Shown in pieces: positions 29,580-38,334 of a stretch of 64,000 bases of DNA (position 1 is the stretch's first letter; each line of letters begins with the position of its first letter). The notes beneath the pieces are model-generated. The model saw only the letters and a list, made by a program, of their open reading frames with translations, did no database searches and was not told the origin of the DNA. The DNA comes from Cyclobacteriaceae bacterium. Its GTDB lineage: Bacteria; Bacteroidota; Bacteroidia; Cytophagales; Cyclobacteriaceae. The stretch lies in contig JBBDXJ010000293.1 of the NCBI GenBank assembly GCA_040902445.1, forward strand, positions 2,075 through 66,074, written 5' to 3'. The position numbers and the translations under genes were made by a program.

Positions 29580-30878
29580 ATGTATCGTTACGAACAATCT
29601 GCGAAATTATTAGATCGGGCAAAAAGATCGCTGGCAGGGGGCGTGTCTTCTGAATTCAGGAAGTACAATCATCCTCATGCGATTTTTTATTCGCATGCAG
29701 AAGGGAGCCGGATATTTGATGTGGATGGTAATGAATATCTGGATTTTACACTAAGCCAGGGGCCGATGATTGTTGGACACAATCATCCACACGTTGTAAA
29801 AAGAGTTGAAGACTATGCAAAGAAAGGTCAGCTTTTTGCAGGGCAGCACCTCCTGGAAATTGAACTGGCAGAGAAACTGCAACGACTTATTCCCTCCGCT
29901 GAATTAATGCGGTTTTGCCTGGATGGCTCAGAAGCAGTGCAAACTGCATTCAGGGTCGCCCGAGCCAAAACCGGAAAGCAAAAGTTCTTGCGATTTGAGG
30001 GACATTACCACGGGTGGCTTGATAACGTAGCCTGGGGGTTGTCGACACCCTCGCCTGAAGAACTGGGTTCGATGGAAGATCCGGTGGTTTTTCCCTGGTC
30101 GGCCGGCCTCCCGCATAGCGCAAAGCATGATTTTATTGTTTTACCCTGGAACGATCTTGCCCTTCTGGAAAAAAAGATAAAAGAAAATCATCGGGAGATT
30201 GCTGCAATTATTACGGAGCCCATAATGTGCAACAACGGATGCATTTTGCCACGGGAAGGCTACCTGCAAGGAATGAGAGAACTTTGTGACCGTTATAATA
30301 TTGCGCTTATTTTTGATGAGGTCATTACCGGGTTCAGAACTTCTTTAGGCGGTGCACAGAAGTATTATAATGTCATACCCGACCTGTCGATTTTCGCCAA
30401 AGCCATCGCCAGTGGATACCCGATCTCAGCCATTGTCGGTAAAAAGGATTGGATGAACCTGATCGCTGAAGGTAAAGTAATACACGCCGGTACCATGAAC
30501 AGCAGCAACTCCACTGTTGCCGCAGCGATCGGTACGCTGGAGGTGCTGGAATCAGAAAATGTTGTGCAAAGAATTTTCAAATTGGGGTTACAATTGATGG
30601 AGGGCTTGCGTGAAATCGGTAAACAACACAACACCAATCTTTTGGTACAGGGATTAGGACCCATGCTGCACGCGGGATTTACAGACCTTGCCGCAGTACA
30701 CGATTTCAGAGATGTACTCTCATATGACAAAGTGAAGTTGAATAAATTCATCGCCGCCATGCACGATCAGGGTATCAGAATAATTGGCCGGGGATTATGG
30801 TATATCTCTGCCGCCCACACTGAGGAGGACATTCATACAGCCCTTGCCAAAACATCCAACGTCTTCAAACGATTATAA
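29580..30878 (+). CDS. class-III (GSA aminomutase-like) PLP-dependent aminotransferase
   Basis: 432 aa. GGVSSEFR, EGHYHGW, DEVITGFR and the putative PLP lysine in FAKAIASGYP. Confidence 0.75.
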   Translation: MYRYEQSAKLLDRAKRSLAGGVSSEFRKYNHPHAIFYSHAEGSRIFDVDGNEYLDFTLSQGPMIVGHNHPHVVKRVEDYAKKGQLFAGQHLLEIELAEKLQRLIPSAELMRFCLDGSEAVQTAFRVARAKTGKQKFLRFEGHYHGWLDNVAWGLSTPSPEELGSMEDPVVFPWSAGLPHSAKHDFIVLPWNDLALLEKKIKENHREIAAIITEPIMCNNGCILPREGYLQGMRELCDRYNIALIFDEVITGFRTSLGGAQKYYNVIPDLSIFAKAIASGYPISAIVGKKDWMNLIAEGKVIHAGTMNSSNSTVAAAIGTLEVLESENVVQRIFKLGLQLMEGLREIGKQHNTNLLVQGLGPMLHAGFTDLAAVHDFRDVLSYDKVKLNKFIAAMHDQGIRIIGRGLWYISAAHTEEDIHTALAKTSNVFKRL

Positions 30879-30891
30879 CCACTAGAAAATC

Positions 30892-32142
30892 ATGACCGCG
30901 AGGAGCAGGTATCTTATTCCGCTTGTGATGATTGGTTTATTGTTTGGCGTATTCGGCTTTGCAGCCTGGATGAACAGCATCCTCATCCCTTACTTCCAGA
31001 TCACACTGGAATTGAACAGCGTTCAAACTACGCTGGTAACTTTTTCTTTTTTTATAGCTTATGTTGTCATGGCCTTGCCCTCATCCTGGGTGTTAAAAAA
31101 GATCGGGTTTAAGAAGGGCATCGTGTTCGGCCTGGTGATCATGGCGGTTGGAACACTCCTGTTTATTCCGGCGGCATTATCCAGGACGTACGAGATATTT
31201 CTGTTGGGTCTGTTTTTTATGGGAACGGGTCAGGCACTCCTACAGACAGCAGCGAATCCTTATTTAACTATTTTGGGCCCGATTGAAAGTGCGGGCCAGC
31301 GCAATAGTCTAATGGGAATCTTCAATAAAGTAGCAGGCATATTAAGTCAGCGTATTGTCGGGCCTATTCTTTTGTTAAATGCTGACTCGATTATGTCAGC
31401 TTTAACAAAAATGAGTGATGAGGAAAAAATCGCCGCGCTGGATAACATGGCTCTACGTGTCATAAATCCATACATCATTATCACCCTATCATTGTTGGCC
31501 ATGGCCATCATCATGTGGTTGGTTGCGCTTCCCGAGGTAAATGAAGAGGATGCCAACGCGGAAGAGCCTGGAGCTTCGCACACCAGCATATGGCAGTTTC
31601 CTAATCTCATCCTGGGAGTACTGGCACTTTTTTGTGCAGAGGGTACCGAATCAATTACCAGCTATTATATTATTCCCTATGGCCAAAGTATGGGTTTCTC
31701 CACCGAAACTTCACAGGTTTTTGTTGATTATATCATTTATGCGATGCTCGCAGGATACTTCCTGGGGACAGTTTTAATCCCTAAATATATTTCGCAAAGC
31801 AAAGCACTTGGAATCTGTGCTTTTTTAGGTATTTGTTTTTCGATAGGAGCCATTGCTACCGATGGATTTACTTCTGTATTATGCGTAATCGCCATGGGTT
31901 TTTGCAATGCGCTTAACTGGCCGTGCATTTGGCCGCTTGCATTGAAAGGGGTCGGTCGATTTACCAAAACCGCTGCAGCCTTTTTGATCATGGCCATTGC
32001 CGGCGATGCAATTTTTCCCGTCCTCTATGCTGAGATCAACACGCTGTTTGGCGGTAATTCCGGAGTATATTTAATCTTGATCTTATATGCAGGAATTCTT
32101 TACTACGCAACGATTGGCCATAAAAGGAGGGCATGGGCATGA
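30892..32142 (+). CDS. MFS sugar transporter (FucP/GluP-like)
   Basis: 416 aa, 12 predicted TMs. GTGQALLQTAANPYLTILGP is characteristic of the fucose / glucose-galactose permease subfamily. Confidence 0.7.
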   Translation: MTARSRYLIPLVMIGLLFGVFGFAAWMNSILIPYFQITLELNSVQTTLVTFSFFIAYVVMALPSSWVLKKIGFKKGIVFGLVIMAVGTLLFIPAALSRTYEIFLLGLFFMGTGQALLQTAANPYLTILGPIESAGQRNSLMGIFNKVAGILSQRIVGPILLLNADSIMSALTKMSDEEKIAALDNMALRVINPYIIITLSLLAMAIIMWLVALPEVNEEDANAEEPGASHTSIWQFPNLILGVLALFCAEGTESITSYYIIPYGQSMGFSTETSQVFVDYIIYAMLAGYFLGTVLIPKYISQSKALGICAFLGICFSIGAIATDGFTSVLCVIAMGFCNALNWPCIWPLALKGVGRFTKTAAAFLIMAIAGDAIFPVLYAEINTLFGGNSGVYLILILYAGILYYATIGHKRRAWA

Positions 32143-32178
32143 ACAAAATATTCAATTGAACAGACTAAAATTTCTGTC

Positions 32179-33168
32179 ATGATGAGCACGGAATCAAACG
32201 AGGTAGGTGTGGTGGGTCTTGGATTAATGGGTTGTAGCATCGTAGCCGCTCTACTGATGCAGGGTTACAAAGTTGTTGCTGTTGCCCCGCAGGAATCTGA
32301 TCTGGAGCTTGCCCCCGGCCGGATCCTGCATGCGCTCCGGGAATCCTCTAAACAAAAAATACATACAAAAGATGTAAACGCGCTGAATTCGAAAGTGTTG
32401 TATACACGAGACTATGCAGACTTGCGCCATTGTTTTCTTATATCAGAATGCGTTGTCGAAAATGTTGACATCAAAAAAAATGTTTATGACCTGATCGAAT
32501 CTAATGTTTCTGAAACAGCATTGATTTCCACCAATACTTCTGCCATACCGATCACTATTTTACAGGCCCCTTTGAAACATCCGGAGCGATTTGTCGGAAT
32601 GCACTGGGCTGAGCCTGCTTTTACAACACCATTTCTCGAAATTATTTGCGGACCGAAAACCGATCAACTGATTGCTGAAAGTCTTTATAAAATTGCCACG
32701 AGCTGGGGAAAGGAGCCCACGCTTCTGCGCAAAGATATCCGCGGGTTCATTACAAACAGGTTAATGTATGCAATGTTCAGAGAGGGATTCAATCTGGTTG
32801 AAAATGGTTATGCCTCTATTGAAGACATCGACAGGGCCTGCAGAAATGATGCGGGCCATTGGATGACTTTTTGCGGGATGTTCCGCTTCATGGACCTTAC
32901 CGGCCTCCGCGCCTATTATCACGTGATCAAGGATCTGTTCCCAACCCTCGCCAATCAGACGGAAACACCAAAGCTGATCGAGGATATTGCGAAAGAGGGA
33001 GGAAATGGTATTACCAATGGCAATGGGTTTTACAAGTATTCAAAGGAAGAATCGGCAGAATGGGAAAAGGCCTTTGAGGAATTTTCCTATGATATCAATT
33101 TGCTTTCCAAAAAATACCCCATAAACCTGGTTGAACAAAGGCTGAAAAATAAATCCAAAAAACAGTAG
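32179..33168 (+). CDS. 3-hydroxyacyl-CoA dehydrogenase family NAD-binding protein
   Basis: 329 aa. VGVVGLGLMGCSIV Rossmann motif, FVGMHWAEP, and GFITNRL in the C-terminal domain. Confidence 0.7.
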   Translation: MMSTESNEVGVVGLGLMGCSIVAALLMQGYKVVAVAPQESDLELAPGRILHALRESSKQKIHTKDVNALNSKVLYTRDYADLRHCFLISECVVENVDIKKNVYDLIESNVSETALISTNTSAIPITILQAPLKHPERFVGMHWAEPAFTTPFLEIICGPKTDQLIAESLYKIATSWGKEPTLLRKDIRGFITNRLMYAMFREGFNLVENGYASIEDIDRACRNDAGHWMTFCGMFRFMDLTGLRAYYHVIKDLFPTLANQTETPKLIEDIAKEGGNGITNGNGFYKYSKEESAEWEKAFEEFSYDINLLSKKYPINLVEQRLKNKSKKQ

Positions 33169-33179
33169 CGTTACACAGA

Positions 33180-34274
33180 ATGTTTATTGTTGATGCACAT
33201 TTGGATCTGGCTACAAACGCCATTACACTCAACCGGGATCTCACGAAACCTGTTCATGCAATACGCGAAAGGGAAAAACAACTTAACTGGCAAGACACCC
33301 AGGACCGCGGCCAGGGAACAGTGGCCCTTCCTGAATTGCGGAAAGGAAATGTGGGCCTTGTAGTGGCAACCATTATCTCCCGCTTTTCTTCTGGTAAACC
33401 ATTGCCAAGCCTAAACTTGCCTGGTTGGCATTCTGCCGAGCAAGCCTACGCCTATGGGCAGGGGCAACTGGCATGGTATAAAGTCATGGAAGAGAGGGGA
33501 GAGATGGTGCAGATCACCACGTTGTCGCAGTTACAGAATCATCTCTCTTTATGGAGAAACACCAGTGCAATCCATCCTAAAAAACCTGTTGGTTATATCT
33601 TAAGCCTGGAAGGTGCAGATTCTGTTATTAACATCAACTACCTGGAAAAATATTATGATCAGGGATTAAGGGCGATCGGCCCTGCTCACTTTGGGCCCGG
33701 ACGGTATGCAGCGGGCACACATTCGGACGGCAGCGGACTCACAAAAATCGGAAAGGAACTTCTCCGGGAAATGGATCAGTTAAAAATCATTCTGGATGCC
33801 ACCCATTTAACCGATAAAGGTTTTTTTGAGGCCATGGATATTTTTCACGGCTCAGTTTGGGCAAGCCATCAAAACTGCCGGACCCTGGTGCCAGGTGAAA
33901 GGCAATTTTCAGATGAGCAGTTGAAATTGATTATTGAAAGGGGTGGAGTGATCGGTGGTGCGCTGGATACATGGATGTTGTATCCTGAATTTAAACTGGG
34001 AAAAAGTAATCCCAAAGATCTGGGCATCAATCTTGAAAAACTCGTTGGTCATTTTGATCACATTTGTCAGCTTGCAGGAAACTGTTCGCATATAGGATTT
34101 GGTACCGATCTCGATGGTCTTTTCGGTACAGAACAAACACCCTATGATATGGATACCATCGCCGATATCGTCAGGTTTGAAGAGATCTTGACACGCCGTG
34201 GCTATACTGCCGGAGATATCACCAATATATTTTCCGGTAACTGGCTTCGGGTTATTAGGAAATCATGGGCGTAA
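33180..34274 (+). CDS. membrane (renal-type, M19) dipeptidase family protein
   Basis: 364 aa. N-terminal VDAHLDLA (HxD), LSLEGAD, and IGFGTDLDG near the C-terminus. Confidence 0.65.
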   Translation: MFIVDAHLDLATNAITLNRDLTKPVHAIREREKQLNWQDTQDRGQGTVALPELRKGNVGLVVATIISRFSSGKPLPSLNLPGWHSAEQAYAYGQGQLAWYKVMEERGEMVQITTLSQLQNHLSLWRNTSAIHPKKPVGYILSLEGADSVININYLEKYYDQGLRAIGPAHFGPGRYAAGTHSDGSGLTKIGKELLREMDQLKIILDATHLTDKGFFEAMDIFHGSVWASHQNCRTLVPGERQFSDEQLKLIIERGGVIGGALDTWMLYPEFKLGKSNPKDLGINLEKLVGHFDHICQLAGNCSHIGFGTDLDGLFGTEQTPYDMDTIADIVRFEEILTRRGYTAGDITNIFSGNWLRVIRKSWA

Positions 34275-34804
34275 GGGGGAATAAGGGGCATAACGGATAT
34301 AAGAGCTTTTTCGAAAGCAAGCACAGAATATGTACATGATCGACGTAGTTGCCGATCTAAACCGGAAAACATTCAAGATCGTTGCAAATTCCGCCTGGAT
34401 AACTTTGGAGTTCGGCTTCAATTGATTGATGAATCAGCCGGGCCCCTGTGTTTTTACCCACTTCCTATTCCGCCCCTTCAGGGCTTCTGTCTGACTGCAT
34501 TAATCCCCAGGGCTTTCACCCTGTGGGCTGATATATTGCGCCCTTTCAGGGCTGGATGCATTTAACCTTGCGATCGATTAATGCGAGTGTGGCACTATCA
34601 TTCTGAAAATATTTTTTCCTTTCCGTGCAACCATTACCCCTTCCCGAAGTATCCTTGGTAGGCAAAGGTGAAAAAAATGAGCCAGTCATTGGTTGTTGTT
34701 GTTAGTGGGCATTACCAGTTACCAACAATCAAAAACTAACAACCGGGATTCAACCTTTTGCGATCAGAAAACGATCTGCATCCGACTACATCAATCCCAT
34801 CGAT

Positions 34805-36626
34805 ATGTTTCAAAACTATTTCAAGATTGCCTGGAGAAATATGTCCAGGCAAAAAATGTACACCTCCATCAAGATCGGAGGTTTTGCCATCGGATTGGCT
34901 ACGTGTATTGTCATTGGGCTCTTCATCCGGCATGAATTGAGTTATGAATTACATATAAAGGATGCACAAAACATCTATCGCGTTTACAACCAGTACGAAG
35001 ATGGAAGCGGAACTGCCGTTCCCGCTCCATTTGCATCAATATTGAGGGCGGATTATCCCGAAATTGAAAAAGTTGCCAGGCTTATTCCCTACAAATGGTT
35101 CAAATGCAGGAAATAATCTCATGCGCCGGGACGATCAGCTTGAAAATACTTTTGAAGAAGGTTTCGCATATGCCGACCCGGAGTTACTAGAGATTCTGGA
35201 GATCCCCATGGTCTATGGCAGTCCTGCGCACGCGCTGGCCAAACCCAACACAATTGTTTTGGCAAAAAGCAAAGCCGATAAATATTTTCCGAATGAAGAC
35301 CCTGTCGGAAAAACAATCATTCTCAACGATGACAAGTCCCAGCCTTTTACAGTTGGAGGTGTGATGGAGGATTTCCCCCGGACATCGCACCTGCAATTTG
35401 ATTTTTTCATTACCCTTACCGGTAAAGAGTTTTGGCAGGGCGAACAGACTAGCTGGTGTTGCTGGAATTACAACCCGTATATCAAAGTAAGGCCTGGCAC
35501 AGATCCGGCTGAACTGGAAAAAAAATTACTTGCCATGAAAAATATCTATATCGACTACCTCGCGAAGGAAGGAAATCAATCTGTAAATGACGTACGCAAG
35601 TATCTTTTTTTTGTTTTGCAACCTGTGCGTGATATTCACTTGTTTTCAGCAGATATCGGTGACGCGATAGAACATGGCGACATCCGCTACATATGGCTAT
35701 TTGGTGGTATTGCCTGCTTTATCCTTGCGCTTGCCTGCATCAACTTCATCAATCTTTCCACAGCGAAGTCGGCAAACCGGGCTAAGGAAGTTGGATTGCG
35801 AAAAGTTGTGGGTTCAGTCCGGAGTCATCTTGTCAGGCAGTTCCTGACTGAATCGGTGATCTTCAGCATGGTCTCATTTGTTCTTGCCGTTTTTCTGGTA
35901 TGGATTGGCTTGCCTTACTTTAATGATCTCGCGGGCAAAGCCCATTCAATTCCCTGGGGAGCATGGTGGCTTTTCCCCCTTCTGACTGCATCGGCGCTCT
36001 TCATAGGAGTGCTTGCCGGCATTTACCCTGCATTTTATCTTTCATCCTTCAAACCGATCGATGTTCTCAAAGGAAGCATCGCGCGAGGTAGCAAAACTTC
36101 AGGCATGAGGAGTGTGATGGTTGTATTTCAGTTTACGACCTCAATCGTACTGATCATCGGCACGTTCATTATTTACCGCCAGATGGATTTTATTCTCAAT
36201 AAAAAGATCGGGTACGATAAAGACCAGGTAGTGATGCTGCAGGGCGCGAATACTCTTGGTAAACAGCAGCAAACTTTTAAAGACGAGTTGTTGCGCCTTT
36301 CGGGTGTACAACATGTTACAGTCAGCCAGTATTTTCCTGTGGATGGAACAACACGTGATCAGAACATGTTTTATCGCGATGGGAAATCCCAGGAAGAAAA
36401 AGGCTTTGGCGCACAACGGTGGTATGTTGATGAAGATTACCTCAGCACGTTAGCCTGGTATATGATGCAGAAATGGCTTCAGGATTACAAATACCGCACC
36501 GAGATCACCTGGGATGTTTTTGCGATCTCGGGATTTCTCGCTGTATTCATTGCCTTGCTTACGGTGAGCTACCAATCCATCCGGGCAGCTTTGGCAAACC
36601 CAGCGAATAACCTGAGGTCCGAATAA
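34805..36626 (+). pseudogene. MacB/FtsX-type permease pseudogene (frameshift plus ~200-aa internal deletion)
   Basis: The N-terminal 103-aa ORF (MFQNYFKIAWRNMSRQK...) and the 520-aa ORF overlap in different frames at 35064-35116. After ...YVDEDYLSTL (about 36450) the sequence jumps directly to the family C-terminus AWYMMQKWLQDYKYRTEI...LRSE. The rest of the second periplasmic domain and most of the second FtsX module are missing. Confidence 0.75.
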
Positions 36627-36872
36627 ATAATAACAATTCAAATGCAACCTTTCGCTTAACCTTTTTAATATGGGAGGTGGTCCTTGAACATGGTGAGGGA
36701 TCAATTGCCTCCACCTTTAGTGGTGGATAAAACAGTAACCATTTAACCAGGGCTTTAGCCCAAGGGATGGGTTGACGCTGTGGAGGATTAAAGCCATTCC
36801 AGTTGTGTAAAAATTATTATTCATTTACACTTAGCGTTCACAATTTGCGGCAAAACTGACTAACTTCATCAC

Positions 36873-38165
36873 ATGAGATTAATCAGAATTGTCCCCCTGC
36901 TCTTTATGATCTTTGTTTTCGGGTGTAAGACCACCGAAAATATTAAATCACCCTACACCGCCTTCACAGGAGCCACGATCATCGACGGCAGCGGCGCTGA
37001 TCCCATTCAGGATGCAGTTCTACTCGTCCAGGATGGAAGGGTGGTTGCTGTAGGGTCAAAGGAGAATGTTTCTATTCCAGAGCATGCAACTATCACCGAT
37101 GTCTCAGGTAAGTTCATTATACCGGGCATCATCAACGGTCACGGACATGTCGGCAATGCGAAAGGCATCGATGGCGGGCACTACTCACGCGAAAACGTTA
37201 TTGACAATCTCGCGATCTACGCGCGCTATGGTATTACTACTGTGGTGAGCCTTGGCGATGACAGGAAGGATGCCCAACCGGTCCGCGCTGTAAGGGCGAC
37301 CCTCGCGGTCGCCCCTGCTTCAACCAGGGCCCGCCTGTATATTGCAGGAGAAGTAATCTCGGGAAAAACTCCCGAAGAAGCATTGACTGTAATAGACAAA
37401 AACCATGAAATGGGCGTGGACTTCATGAAGATCAGGGTCGACGACAACCTGGGAACGAGTACGAAGATGACTGAGGAGGTCTACCGCGCTGTAATTAAAA
37501 GATCGCACGAACTCGGATACAAGATCGCCACGCACATGTATTACCTCGAGGATGCACGAAAGTTACTCGACGCAGGAACAGACATGCTTGCACACAGCGT
37601 CAGGGATTTACCCGTGGACGATGCGTTCATCCGGCTTCTCAAAGAAAAGAAAGTATGTTATTGTCCGACGCTCACCAGGGAAGTATCCGCATTTGTTTAT
37701 GGCGATACAGCAGACTTTTTCTCAGATCCTTTTTTCAAACGAGAATATGACAGCGCGGCGATCCAGCCATTAAAGGACCCAGCCCGTCAGTTGCAGGTGA
37801 GCAACAGTCGGAGCGCAAAGATGTACAAGCAACAACTTCCCACAGCGATGGCCAATCTGAAAACCCTGTGTGATCAGGGCATACCCATTGTATTCGGTAC
37901 TGATAGCGGTGTGCCTACCAGGTTCATGGGCTACTTCGAGCACATGGAAATGCAGATGATGGCTGAAGCCGGCCTCACTCCTATGCAGATCATCGTGTCA
38001 GCAACAAAAAATGCAGCGGAATATATGGGGCTGAAGGATCTGGGAACTATATCGCCTGGCCACTGGGCGGACTTTATTGTATTGGATGCTGATCCGTTGG
38101 AGGATATCAGGAATGTAAGACAAATCTCAGGAGTTTTTATAAACGGTGAAGAAGTGGAGAGATAA
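36873..38165 (+). CDS. amidohydrolase family protein, lipoprotein
   Basis: 430 aa. Lipobox MIFVFGC. PGIINGHGHVG (HxH) and FGTDSG motifs intact. Paralog of the interrupted gene at 20319-21701. Confidence 0.75.
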   Translation: MRLIRIVPLLFMIFVFGCKTTENIKSPYTAFTGATIIDGSGADPIQDAVLLVQDGRVVAVGSKENVSIPEHATITDVSGKFIIPGIINGHGHVGNAKGIDGGHYSRENVIDNLAIYARYGITTVVSLGDDRKDAQPVRAVRATLAVAPASTRARLYIAGEVISGKTPEEALTVIDKNHEMGVDFMKIRVDDNLGTSTKMTEEVYRAVIKRSHELGYKIATHMYYLEDARKLLDAGTDMLAHSVRDLPVDDAFIRLLKEKKVCYCPTLTREVSAFVYGDTADFFSDPFFKREYDSAAIQPLKDPARQLQVSNSRSAKMYKQQLPTAMANLKTLCDQGIPIVFGTDSGVPTRFMGYFEHMEMQMMAEAGLTPMQIIVSATKNAAEYMGLKDLGTISPGHWADFIVLDADPLEDIRNVRQISGVFINGEEVER

Positions 38166-38334
38166 AAAGTCCACCGTTCACAGATGACGGCCCAGCCATT
38201 GGAGGGGAGACCACCCGGCAACCGGCAACTGGCGCCCGATTATTGACCCGTTATACATTAATGTTTATATTGAATTCTATATCTGAGGAGCCCGAAAAGT
38301 GCTGTCTCCCGTTCACTTAACGTACCTGTTTAAT

